A stretch of 59,139 nucleotides of DNA from Gammaproteobacteria bacterium (GTDB taxonomy: Bacteria > Pseudomonadota > Gammaproteobacteria > GCA-001735895): NCBI GenBank assembly GCA_051277905.1, contig JBNMQI010000002.1:1-59139 (forward strand). Reading direction: 5' to 3'. The notes beneath the pieces are model-generated. The model worked only from the letters and a program-made list of their open reading frames with translations. It did not search any database and was not told where the DNA came from. Numbering within the stretch: the first letter of the stretch is position 1; every line of letters starts with the position of its first letter. The position numbers and the translations under genes were made by a program. Below are positions 50,285 to 59,139 of this stretch, one piece after another.

Positions 50285-51004
50285 ATGGAAACCAGTTGCC
50301 AAAATTGCAATGCGCGCTATCACATCACTGATGAACAACTTAAGATTGCTGTTGGTAAAGTCAGATGCAGCGAATGTGGTGAAGTATTTAATGCACTTTC
50401 GTCCTTGAAAACCTATGCTGAGAATATTGCTGAAAACATTCAAGATCAGTCGATATCGCCTGAGGTAGATCATTCATCTGCCAGTGAACTGAGCCTTCAT
50501 GAAGCGATGTATGGTGAAGCACAGAGTTCTTTTACGCCTTTTTACCCACTGTTTTGGTTAATTGGAATCTTGTTATTGCTAGTGCTTACAACTACTCAAG
50601 CTTTTTACTATCAACGTTATGAGCTTATTAGTAACCCTCGATATCAGCAGCAAATCTTACACCTGTGCGAACTTGTGCCTTGCGCCAATTCACAGTTTTC
50701 TAGCAGCCATCAAATTAAATTACTCGAACGTAATGTATTCACCCATCCTGTCAAGCCTAATGCGCTGATGGTAATAGGCTCTTTTGTAAACGAAGCGTCA
50801 TTTCCCCAGAAACTACCCAAGCTGCTGGTTAGCCTTTTTGACATTCAGGGCAATTTAATAGCCAACCGACAGTTCGTATCAGACGAATACCTTCAATCTA
50901 ACAGTCAGATATCTGCACTGCAAAGCAACAAACCAATTCAGTTTCGACTTGAGATCCTCGATCCAGGCACAGAAGCACTGACCTATGAATTTGAGTTCAT
51001 ATAA
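50285..51004 (+). CDS. Zinc-ribbon (MJ0042-type) plus DUF3426-like membrane protein
   Basis: 'CQNCNARYHI...VRCSECGEVF' zinc ribbon, one TM helix, and a beta-rich C-terminal domain. Start set at ATG 50285; the tracked ORF opens at 50255 and overlaps prmA. Confidence 0.7.
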   Translation: METSCQNCNARYHITDEQLKIAVGKVRCSECGEVFNALSSLKTYAENIAENIQDQSISPEVDHSSASELSLHEAMYGEAQSSFTPFYPLFWLIGILLLLVLTTTQAFYYQRYELISNPRYQQQILHLCELVPCANSQFSSSHQIKLLERNVFTHPVKPNALMVIGSFVNEASFPQKLPKLLVSLFDIQGNLIANRQFVSDEYLQSNSQISALQSNKPIQFRLEILDPGTEALTYEFEFI

Positions 51005-51215
51005 TCTGTAACCCCCTTAGGGCATAAGTTGTATTAATGCCTGTATCGAAATTAAGTGGTACATAGCAGTCTAACAACCGTTATATTAGTCAGTGTCCAG
51101 ATCAGCTAATTTATCTGTTCCAAAAGTCAGCATTATTATCAGCCGCGGTGGATGGACATTAGGCGCTCGACCAACAAGTTTCGAGCAGAAATCTTTTTTT
51201 TGGTGATAACAAGGC

Positions 51216-52979
51216 ATGACATTCCAGAGGCGATTACATCGTATTTTTCCATTTTTGCGTTGGGGCAGAAACCTTACCAAGGATACCGTAAAGTCTGATC
51301 TAGTTGCTGGATTAACGGGTGCAGCTATTGTTTTACCTCAGGGTGTGGCTTTTGCAGCTATTGCCGGCATGCCACCAGAATATGGTCTCTATACAAGCAT
51401 GGTTCCCGCTATAATAGCGGCGCTTTTTGGTTCCTCTTGGCACTTAGTATCAGGCCCTACCACTGCGGCCTCTATTGTAATGTTTTCGTCATTGAGCACG
51501 ATAGCATTACCCGGCAGTGCCGAATATATTTCTCTCGCTATCACTCTGGCTTTCATGGTCGGTATAATTCAGCTCGCAATGGGCTTTGTCCGCCTTGGTG
51601 CTCTGGTTAACTTTATTTCACACTCGGTCATCGTTGGTTTCACAGCCGGTGCAGCCTGTTTAATTGCAGCTAAACAGGCAAAAACATTCCTCGGCATAGA
51701 AATTCCAGAAAGTGATCATTTTTACCAAACTGTTAATTACCTTTGGGATAATTGGACATCATTTCATCCACTCGTCATTTTTATCGCTCTAACTACATTG
51801 GTTGTTGGCATGATTGCCCACAAAATTAGCCCTAGGTTTCCCGGTATGATTTTGGCATTGCTAGTTGGCAGTGTTACGGCAGTATTGTTAAACACGTTTT
51901 TAAAAGCTGAAACAACTGGCATTCAAATGGTAGGCGCTTTACCTCAGCAACTCCCACCACTTTCAAGCCCTCAATTGTCACTCGATGTGTTGAGGGATCT
52001 AGCTCCCCTTGCGATAGCTATGACTCTGTTTGCCTTAACCGAAGCTGTTTCAATCGCACGGTCTATATCGATCAAATCAGGGCAACCCATTGAAGGAAAT
52101 CAAGAGTTTATTGGGCAAGGTTTATCTAATATCTTTGGTAGTTTTTTTTCAGCTTATGTTGCAACCGGTTCGTTTAATCGGAGTGGCGCTAATTACGATG
52201 CTGGCGCACGTTCACCACTTGCTGCGGCTTCGGCAGGCGTTCTGTTAATTGGCCTTGTCCTTGTGGTTGCACCACTCACTTCTTATTTGCCAAAAGCCGC
52301 TGTTGCCGGATTACTGTTCCTTGTAGCTTGGCGTTTAATCAACTTTTCGCAGATTGGAAAAATATTACGCGCTGATAAAAATGAGGCACTTGTATTGTGC
52401 GTCACTTTCTTCAGCACATTGTTCCTTGAATTAGAATTTGCCATTTTATTGGGTGTTGTCTTGTCACTAATGTTTTTCTTGCGCAAAACATCAAAACCAA
52501 AATTAGAACCACGGGCACCTGATCCAGAAAATTTTAAACGTAAATTCAAGGCAGGCAACAGCTTTCTTGAATGCCCTCAAATGAAAATACTACAACTGGA
52601 TGATTCTCTTTATTTTGGATCAGTGTCCCATGTTGGCGAATTGTTCCGACGCTATCGCGAACATTATCCTGAACAAAAGCACCTGTTTCTTTTGACACAA
52701 GGTGTTAATCAAGTGGATGTCGCTGGTGCAGAACTACTTGTTCATGAAGCCAATGCTAGGAAAGCTATTGGTGGAGATATGTATATTTATCAACTAAAAG
52801 ACAGTGCGAAGAAAGTAATTAATCGTGGCGGTTATATCAATGAGCTCAATCCCGCCAATATTTTTGACTCTAAGGATGAGGCCATCACTTCAATATTTTC
52901 TCGATTAGACAAGAGTATTTGTGATACTTGTGAAAATCGTATTTTTCTCGAATGCGGCTCCTCATTGCCAAAAGTTTAA
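51216..52979 (+). CDS. SulP-family inorganic anion transporter with C-terminal STAS domain
   Basis: 'DLVAGLTGAAIVLPQGVAFAAIAG', a polytopic core, and a STAS-like tail ('ILQLDDSLYFGS...'). Confidence 0.9.
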   Translation: MTFQRRLHRIFPFLRWGRNLTKDTVKSDLVAGLTGAAIVLPQGVAFAAIAGMPPEYGLYTSMVPAIIAALFGSSWHLVSGPTTAASIVMFSSLSTIALPGSAEYISLAITLAFMVGIIQLAMGFVRLGALVNFISHSVIVGFTAGAACLIAAKQAKTFLGIEIPESDHFYQTVNYLWDNWTSFHPLVIFIALTTLVVGMIAHKISPRFPGMILALLVGSVTAVLLNTFLKAETTGIQMVGALPQQLPPLSSPQLSLDVLRDLAPLAIAMTLFALTEAVSIARSISIKSGQPIEGNQEFIGQGLSNIFGSFFSAYVATGSFNRSGANYDAGARSPLAAASAGVLLIGLVLVVAPLTSYLPKAAVAGLLFLVAWRLINFSQIGKILRADKNEALVLCVTFFSTLFLELEFAILLGVVLSLMFFLRKTSKPKLEPRAPDPENFKRKFKAGNSFLECPQMKILQLDDSLYFGSVSHVGELFRRYREHYPEQKHLFLLTQGVNQVDVAGAELLVHEANARKAIGGDMYIYQLKDSAKKVINRGGYINELNPANIFDSKDEAITSIFSRLDKSICDTCENRIFLECGSSLPKV

Positions 52980-53285
52980 AAAAATATCCTAGCAACTTTA
53001 TTGATCTAATCAAACTTTCTGAAGCTAAATAAGCATGGCTCAGCCCTAGTTTATTTCGGGGTTAAGTCATATCAACAGTCCTTTAAATCAGCAGGATCAC
53101 TAGAGTACTAAAAAACTTTTTATATTAAGAGTAAAAGAGCCTTATACACAGTACTGTTTTTCCATTGGTATTATCATCGTGGCTCGGAAACCTAATGATC
53201 CGTATCAATATAATCTCTGCGTTGCTGGTTGAAGTAACAATTGTTAGCTATAGTCCGCTTATTAATAAAGTTAGCCTTATCTTTT

Positions 53286-54284
53286 ATGCCATTTAGTATC
53301 GGTCCCTATCAATTTGCCAACCCATTAGTACTTGCCCCCATGGCAGGCGTGACTGACCGACCATTTCGGCAGCTTTGTCGATCACTGGGTGCAGGCATGA
53401 CCGTATCCGAAATGATAACAAGTAGGCCCGATTTAAGAGACAGCCGTAAAACTCAATTACGAATGGATCACCAAGGGGAACCGGGACCCATTATCGTTCA
53501 AATTGCAGGGGGCATTCCTCAAATGATGGCAGATGCAGCTCAATACAATGTCGATCATGGCGCCCAAATTATCGATATCAATATGGGCTGCCCCGCTAAG
53601 AAAGTTTGCAAGGTCGATGCTGGTTCAGCTCTGCTTAAAGACACAAAACTAGTCCGTTCGATTCTTTCCGCAGTGGTTAACTCCGTATCGATTCCAGTTA
53701 CTTTAAAAATGCGCACTGGATGGTCACGCGAAAACAAAAACGCACTTGAAATAGCCAAAATTGCAGAAGACTGTGGCATTCAGGCTCTGACAATACATGG
53801 AAGAACCAGAGAAGATAAGTATTTAGGAGAGGCGGAATATGACACTATTCGTGCGGTAAAACAAAGCATCGGTATTCCAGTCATTGCGAATGGCGATATA
53901 GATAGCGCACAAAAAGCAAAGAAGGTCATGGACTTCACTGGTGCTGATGCTATTATGATAGGACGTATTGCGCAGCGGCGTCCTTGGATTTTTCAGCATA
54001 TTGAACATTTTTTAGTGGCTGGAGAATTGCATAAGGAACCTGATGAAAAGCAAAAGCAACGGTGGCTAAGGGATCACTTAAATAATTTATATGCGTTTTA
54101 CGGCGAATATCTTGGGGTTCAGATTGCTCGCAAGCACATTAATTGGCAACTTAGTCAAAACTGTCACTATTGTGCAAATGTTAAAGCTGATTTAATGCAG
54201 ACAACGACTGCAGAAACCCAACTATCATTGATTGATAATTATTTTGAGCATTGGAACGAAATAGAACTTGCCAGAATAAATTAA
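53286..54284 (+). CDS. dusB: tRNA-dihydrouridine synthase B
   Basis: 'LAPMAGVTDRPFR', 'IDINMGCPAKKV', 'LTIHGRT'. Start set at ATG 53286. Confidence 0.93.
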   Translation: MPFSIGPYQFANPLVLAPMAGVTDRPFRQLCRSLGAGMTVSEMITSRPDLRDSRKTQLRMDHQGEPGPIIVQIAGGIPQMMADAAQYNVDHGAQIIDINMGCPAKKVCKVDAGSALLKDTKLVRSILSAVVNSVSIPVTLKMRTGWSRENKNALEIAKIAEDCGIQALTIHGRTREDKYLGEAEYDTIRAVKQSIGIPVIANGDIDSAQKAKKVMDFTGADAIMIGRIAQRRPWIFQHIEHFLVAGELHKEPDEKQKQRWLRDHLNNLYAFYGEYLGVQIARKHINWQLSQNCHYCANVKADLMQTTTAETQLSLIDNYFEHWNEIELARIN

Positions 54285-54322
54285 TTAAAACTATAAGAGA
54301 GCCAGGGTAAGTCGTTTAATTC

Positions 54323-54571
54323 GTGAAAAATAAAAGTCAAACAAGTGCACTACAACTCTCTGTTGAACAGGCAATACGTCGGTATTTAGCCGACCTTGAT
54401 GGAGAAACTCCCTGTAATTTTTTCGATACGGTCATCGCTGAAATCGAATATCCTTTGATACAAACCGTGCTCAGTCATTGCAACAATAATCTATCGAAAA
54501 CAGCTGCCTGCCTTGGCATCAATCGGGGTACATTGCGTAAAAAGTTAAAGCAATATGAGATCGAGCATTAG
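54323..54571 (+). CDS. fis: Fis-family DNA-binding protein
   Basis: C-terminal HTH 'NLSKTAACLGINRGTLRKKLKQY'. Conserved dusB-fis arrangement. GTG start, 82 aa. Confidence 0.85.
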   Translation: MKNKSQTSALQLSVEQAIRRYLADLDGETPCNFFDTVIAEIEYPLIQTVLSHCNNNLSKTAACLGINRGTLRKKLKQYEIEH

Positions 54572-54714
54572 TTTTTGTTTTGGTGAGTAGTTTTTCATCA
54601 TAAAAATAGAACATGAATAAATAGATTGATCGCCTGATTAAACTCGCAAGGCCAATATCTCTCGCATAGCCATTCAGCTATAATGCCTTTTTTTGACTCA
54701 GGCTCATTAGAATT

Positions 54715-56298
54715 ATGTTGTCATCCGCACAGCCCGTCCGCCGCGCATTAATTAGTGTCTCAGATAAAACAGGTATCGTTGAACTCGCCAGCCGTTTACA
54801 CGCTATAGGTGTTGACTTACTGTCAACTGGTGGCACCGCAAAATTAATAGCTGAAAACAACATCCCCGTCACCGAAATTGCTGACTACACTGGTTTTCCT
54901 GAAATGATGGCGGGACGAGTTAAAACACTGCACCCTAAAGTTCATGGTGGTATTTTAGCTCGACGTGGCATTGACGAAGATGTTATGAAAGCCAATGAGA
55001 TCCCACCCATCGACCTAGTGATTGTCAACCTTTATCCATTTCAGGCAACCGTGGCAAATCCAGACTGTTCACTCGAAGACGCAATAGAGAATATTGACAT
55101 TGGCGGCCCAACAATGGTCAGGGCTGCAGCAAAGAATCATGCTAGCGTTTGTATTGTTGTTGATCCTAACGACTACCAAACCATTTTGTCAGAAATGGAT
55201 GCAGATGACGGTAAGGTCAGCGACGCCAGCCGATTTTCACTTGCCATCAAAGCATTTGAGCATACTGCCAGTTACGACGGAGCGATTTCTAATTACTTTG
55301 GTCGTATGGTACAAAAAGAAGGGGACAAAAAGTTCCCTCGAACTATTAACTTACAGTTTAAACATGCTCAAGGGATGCGTTATGGCGAAAATCCACATCA
55401 GAATGCGGCGTTTTATATTGAGGCGGGTTTAACTGAGTCAAGCGTTTCAAACGCCGTACAGTTGCAAGGGAAGGCACTTTCGTTTAATAACATTGGTGAC
55501 ACTGACGCAGCCTTAGAATGCGTCAAGCAATTTGACCAGCCCGCTTGCGTAATTGTCAAACATGCCAACCCTTGTGGTGTTGCCATCGATAGCGATGCTC
55601 TGAATGGCAACATTCACGATGCTTACCAGCATGCGTATCAGACTGACCCCGAATCTGCCTTTGGTGGCATCATTGCTTTTAATCGCACGCTTGATGCAAA
55701 AACGGCTAAGGCAATTATTAACCAACAATTTGTAGAAGTCATTATTGCACCTGGCGTTGACGACGAGGCAAACGCAATTATAGCCACTAAACAAAACGTT
55801 CGCCTACTGCAGTGTGGTCAGTGGCAAACAGCGAGCTATCGACTTGATTACAAACGTGTGAATGGTGGACTGTTAGTTCAGGATACAGATTTACAATTAC
55901 ATAATACGCTTAATGTTGTTACTGAAGTAAAGCCAAACCTTCAGCAAATGGACGATATGATATTTGCATTGAAAGTGGCTAAATTTGTTAAATCAAATGC
56001 TATCGTTTATGCCCGAGAGCATATGACTATTGGCGTAGGTGCAGGCCAGATGTCCCGTATCAATAGTGCTCGAATCGCCGGCATCAAGGCGGAGCATGCC
56101 AAGCTTAAAGTAACGGGTTCAGTCATGGCATCGGATGCATTCTTCCCGTTTCGAGATGGCATTGACGCTGCGCATGACGCAGGCATCCGAGCCATCATTC
56201 AACCCGGCGGCTCTATGCGCGATGATGACGTCATTGCTGCTGCGAATGAACATGGCATTGCGATGATATTTACTGGCATGCGCCATTTTCGGCATTGA
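54715..56298 (+). CDS. purH: Bifunctional AICAR transformylase / IMP cyclohydrolase
   Basis: '[16 protein letters not shown]', '[15 protein letters not shown]', and a C-terminus ending in 'TGMRHFRH'. Confidence 0.97.
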   Translation: MLSSAQPVRRALISVSDKTGIVELASRLHAIGVDLLSTGGTAKLIAENNIPVTEIADYTGFPEMMAGRVKTLHPKVHGGILARRGIDEDVMKANEIPPIDLVIVNLYPFQATVANPDCSLEDAIENIDIGGPTMVRAAAKNHASVCIVVDPNDYQTILSEMDADDGKVSDASRFSLAIKAFEHTASYDGAISNYFGRMVQKEGDKKFPRTINLQFKHAQGMRYGENPHQNAAFYIEAGLTESSVSNAVQLQGKALSFNNIGDTDAALECVKQFDQPACVIVKHANPCGVAIDSDALNGNIHDAYQHAYQTDPESAFGGIIAFNRTLDAKTAKAIINQQFVEVIIAPGVDDEANAIIATKQNVRLLQCGQWQTASYRLDYKRVNGGLLVQDTDLQLHNTLNVVTEVKPNLQQMDDMIFALKVAKFVKSNAIVYAREHMTIGVGAGQMSRINSARIAGIKAEHAKLKVTGSVMASDAFFPFRDGIDAAHDAGIRAIIQPGGSMRDDDVIAAANEHGIAMIFTGMRHFRH

Positions 56299-56314
56299 TG
56301 CAGAGGCTATTGAA

Positions 56315-57586
56315 ATGAAAATTTTAATTATTGGCGGCGGTGGACGTGAGCATGCTCTGGCCTGGAAAGCAGCTCAATCACCACTGGTGAGCCACGTTTT
56401 TGTCGCACCAGGTAATGCAGGCACTCATCAAGAAACTGACATAAGCAACGTCGCTATTGATGCTGAAAATAGTGAAGCATTACTTAAATTCGCACAAAAT
56501 GAATCTATCGAGCTTACGATCGTTGGCCCAGAAGCACCTCTCGTTAATGGCATTGTCGATCAATTCCAAACTGCGGGGATGCGTATTTTTGGCCCCAGTG
56601 CTGCGGCAGCACAGTTGGAGGGGTCAAAAACATTCACCAAAGACTTTCTGCAACGACATCACATACCAACGGCGGAATATCAGAGTTTTACTGAAATCGA
56701 GCCTGCACTAGAATATGTTAAAAACAAAGGCATCCCCATTGTCATTAAAGCTGACGGTCTGGCCGCAGGTAAAGGGGTTATTTTGGCAAACACTGAACAG
56801 GAAGCGATAGATTCAATCAAAGATATGCTCTCTGGCAACTCATTCGGCGATGCTGGTCATCGTGTTGTCATAGAAGAATTTCTGTATGGAGAAGAAGCCA
56901 GTTTTATTTGCATGGTCGACGGTGAGCATGCTTTGCCACTAGCAACATCGCAAGATCATAAAGCACGAGACAATGGTGACCAGGGCCCCAATACAGGTGG
57001 AATGGGCGCTTACTCCCCTGCACCGATAGTAACGACTGAAGTTGAAGATAAGATCATGCAACAAGTGATATGGCCTACTGTCCGAGGCATGGCAGCCGAG
57101 GGTACAAAATATACTGGATTTTTATATGCGGGACTAATGGTGAGCAACACAGGTGACATCAAGGTAATTGAATACAACTGCCGTTTCGGTGATCCAGAAG
57201 CTCAACCGATTATGATGAGACTCCAGTCAGATTTAGTTGAGCTATGCATCTCTTGTTGTGACGGTAATCTGGCTGAGAAAAAAATACAGTGGGACCCTCG
57301 CCCATGTCTGGGAGTTGTACTGGCAGCCAACGGTTACCCTGATAGTTACATCAAAGGTGACATTATCAAGGGAATACCGCCAGCTGATTCAAAGTCTAAA
57401 GTGTTTCATGCCGGCACCCAGAATGATGATAAGGGCAATATCTTAAGCAATGGCGGCCGAGTTTTATGTGCGGCGGCCTTAGGCGACACGCTTTTGGACG
57501 CGCAGATAAAAGCCTATCAGATTGTTAATCAGATTAATTGGGATGGCGCCTATTTCAGGACCGACATTGGTTTTAAAGCGCTATAA
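56315..57586 (+). CDS. purD: Phosphoribosylamine--glycine ligase
   Basis: 'MKILIIGGGGREHALAWK' and ATP-grasp 'VIKADGLAAGKGV', 'GPNTGGMGAYSP'. Confidence 0.97.
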   Translation: MKILIIGGGGREHALAWKAAQSPLVSHVFVAPGNAGTHQETDISNVAIDAENSEALLKFAQNESIELTIVGPEAPLVNGIVDQFQTAGMRIFGPSAAAAQLEGSKTFTKDFLQRHHIPTAEYQSFTEIEPALEYVKNKGIPIVIKADGLAAGKGVILANTEQEAIDSIKDMLSGNSFGDAGHRVVIEEFLYGEEASFICMVDGEHALPLATSQDHKARDNGDQGPNTGGMGAYSPAPIVTTEVEDKIMQQVIWPTVRGMAAEGTKYTGFLYAGLMVSNTGDIKVIEYNCRFGDPEAQPIMMRLQSDLVELCISCCDGNLAEKKIQWDPRPCLGVVLAANGYPDSYIKGDIIKGIPPADSKSKVFHAGTQNDDKGNILSNGGRVLCAAALGDTLLDAQIKAYQIVNQINWDGAYFRTDIGFKAL

Positions 57587-57827
57587 AATAGAATTTTTCA
57601 CATCATTTAAAAGTATTTTTATTGCCACTTATAACCTTGTCTTCAAGTAGAACATCAACTTCACTTTTAAAGTAGTTGAGCTTACTGTAACATGTTGATT
57701 GAAAAATTAAGCACTCAGCCACTACATATAGTGGCTTAGTTAGAAATAATCCACTATATATTGTGATTTCCATCATTAAAGTTATACTGATGCCCCGTTA
57801 GTTAATAGCTTCGATGAGAATCATAAT

Positions 57828-58037
57828 ATGAAATGTCCCAATTGCAGTTCATCCATGTTTGTCGCTGATAAAAGAGCCGAAGGCACCAGCCTAGTTACTT
57901 TTTTTCGATGCACAACTTGCATAAGTGAGCATGTCTCGTCGGAACTCACTAATGATGATCAGCACCTACCAACAAGCCGGTTGGAATTTTTTGAACCGAG
58001 TCTCACCCAAAATTATAAATATAGTCAGATCCTTTAA
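57828..58037 (+). CDS. Hypothetical small zinc-ribbon protein
   Basis: 69 aa with a CxxC...CxxC arrangement ('CPNC...CTTC'). It is isolated in an AT-rich gene-poor stretch, and I found no convincing RBS. Confidence 0.35.
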   Translation: MKCPNCSSSMFVADKRAEGTSLVTFFRCTTCISEHVSSELTNDDQHLPTSRLEFFEPSLTQNYKYSQIL

Positions 58038-58812
58038 CTTTTATTTCAGAGCTTTTATGTTAACCGGGGTATGCGTCACGTTTTGTAAATGAAAATATTG
58101 TTAGCTTAGTTGTGTTTATGGTTTTTTGATTAAATTTACAACCAAAGCTTATTAGGCAAATTAGAATGTTTCATTTGAGTGTTCAGTACCACCAAAAAAT
58201 TTCAGCTTGCTGGTCAGCTTTTATCCACGGGATTGTTTATCTGCCAGGTTCGGCCATTATTCTTTACAGTGTTTGGTTTTTAGTCACTGGTTGACTCATT
58301 TAACAACACTACTCTCAGCGTTACCATTGCCTTTAGGCCACCCAAACTTAAAGAGTCAACATTCTAAGGTTTAACAAGCTAAATATTGACTGCTTGTCAG
58401 ATACCGCACCCTTTATTGATTACATCCAATTGGATACCGCGATTAAATATCTAATGGTCTTCAATCACTATTGCTAGAATTTAAACTTTTACTCTCTAAA
58501 ACTAGCTACCTATTAACCATCTGATAAAATTTCTGGCACATTATTTATACATAACTCTGATAGGTAGCTTGATGCGTTTACAGATATTGGTATAGCATTT
58601 CAATCTGTTCTTCATATTCGGCATAACGATAGTTTTGGCTTAGCTAAAAATGACTATTACCAACTTAATGGCCAATGGCACCGATAAGCAAACAGTCAAC
58701 ATTGTTACTTCTCGCGTGGAGGTTAAAATAAATTGAAAAAATGATGTCATTGCCTATCGTCAGAACTGGGGGTTGAGTCATAAACTGCTTTAATCGGCAT
58801 TGATTTTCAAGC

Positions 58813-59139
58813 CTAATCTCGTCTCAACTTGTCATTCAGGGCAATTGGGGTTGGATAGGTTGCGACAATGTAATAAGAAGAAAAAACAAAGCTGACTAAT
58901 GTTGCAATTTGGATCAAGTACGACACTTCTGCACGAATGACAGCAAGCTCTGTAGCCATGACGGCCAGGAGCAAAGAAAATTCACTCATCTGCCCAAGTC
59001 GCAATGAAATTTCGGTAGAGCGACCAGAAGTCTCATCAGAAAATCGAAGTAAAAACCGATACAAAATAGGCTTAATAACGATTGCAATCAAACTCAGTCC
59101 GAGGGCCACTAACCAGATATCGGGTAAAATGCCCAGATT
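58813..59139 (-). CDS. Cation:proton antiporter family membrane protein, C-terminal part (N-terminus lies beyond the window)
   Basis: The frame stays open to the window edge ('NLGILPDIWLVALGLSLIAIV...'). It is hydrophobic and helical, with 'GQMSEFSLLLA' typical of CPA-type exchangers. No RCK/KTN domain follows. Confidence 0.55.
   Translation of the reverse strand, partial: NLGILPDIWLVALGLSLIAIVIKPILYRFLLRFSDETSGRSTEISLRLGQMSEFSLLLAVMATELAVIRAEVSYLIQIATLVSFVFSSYYIVATYPTPIALNDKLRRD

Noticed and set aside
51165-51201. Hairpin gctcga-N10-tcgagc plus a T8 run just upstream of the SulP start, as a possible attenuator or riboswitch platform
   Set aside because: The stem is only 6 bp and the T-run begins 7 nt after it, so it is not a canonical intrinsic terminator. 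I recognised no riboswitch aptamer in the 210-nt leader.

Overview
59.1-kb chromosomal segment of an AT-rich gammaproteobacterium (GC judged by eye, not computed; probably marine). I recognise about 55 protein genes, one tRNA-Arg(CCU) and one decayed ABC-ATPase pseudogene. I saw no rRNA, CRISPR array, transposase, integrase or phage genes. Layout: (i) 0-11.9 kb is an accessory-looking metabolic block. It holds a DUF1185/hydrolase/flavin-reductase operon, GntR and TetR regulators, a gamma-butyrobetaine-dioxygenase-like enzyme with a class II aldolase, a Tat-less three-subunit molybdoenzyme with SoeABC-like architecture, and the ABC pseudogene. (ii) 12-35.9 kb is housekeeping: argG, small enzymes, truD-tsaB, then the conserved lpxA-fabZ-lpxD-skp-bamA-rseP-dxr-cdsA-uppS-frr-pyrH-tsf-rpsB / map-glnD supercluster. 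(iii) 36.5-38.4 kb is the most unusual locus. It is an isolated two-gene MotA/ExbB-like channel plus ExbD/MotB-like partner, and the partner carries a ~185-aa proline-free coiled-coil stalk. It sits behind a 560-bp non-coding region, next to tRNA-Arg, with no recognisable effector or partner gene. (iv) 39-59 kb is housekeeping again: yegD, groESL (sigma32 promoter plus a perfect CIRCE), fxsA, an over-long dsbD with a duplicated N-terminal redox domain, tlpA-like, aroQ-accBC-prmA, SulP, dusB-fis-purHD. It ends in a gene-poor 1.2-kb stretch and a truncated cation/proton antiporter gene at the window edge. All functional calls come from reading motifs in the supplied translations. No database search was run.
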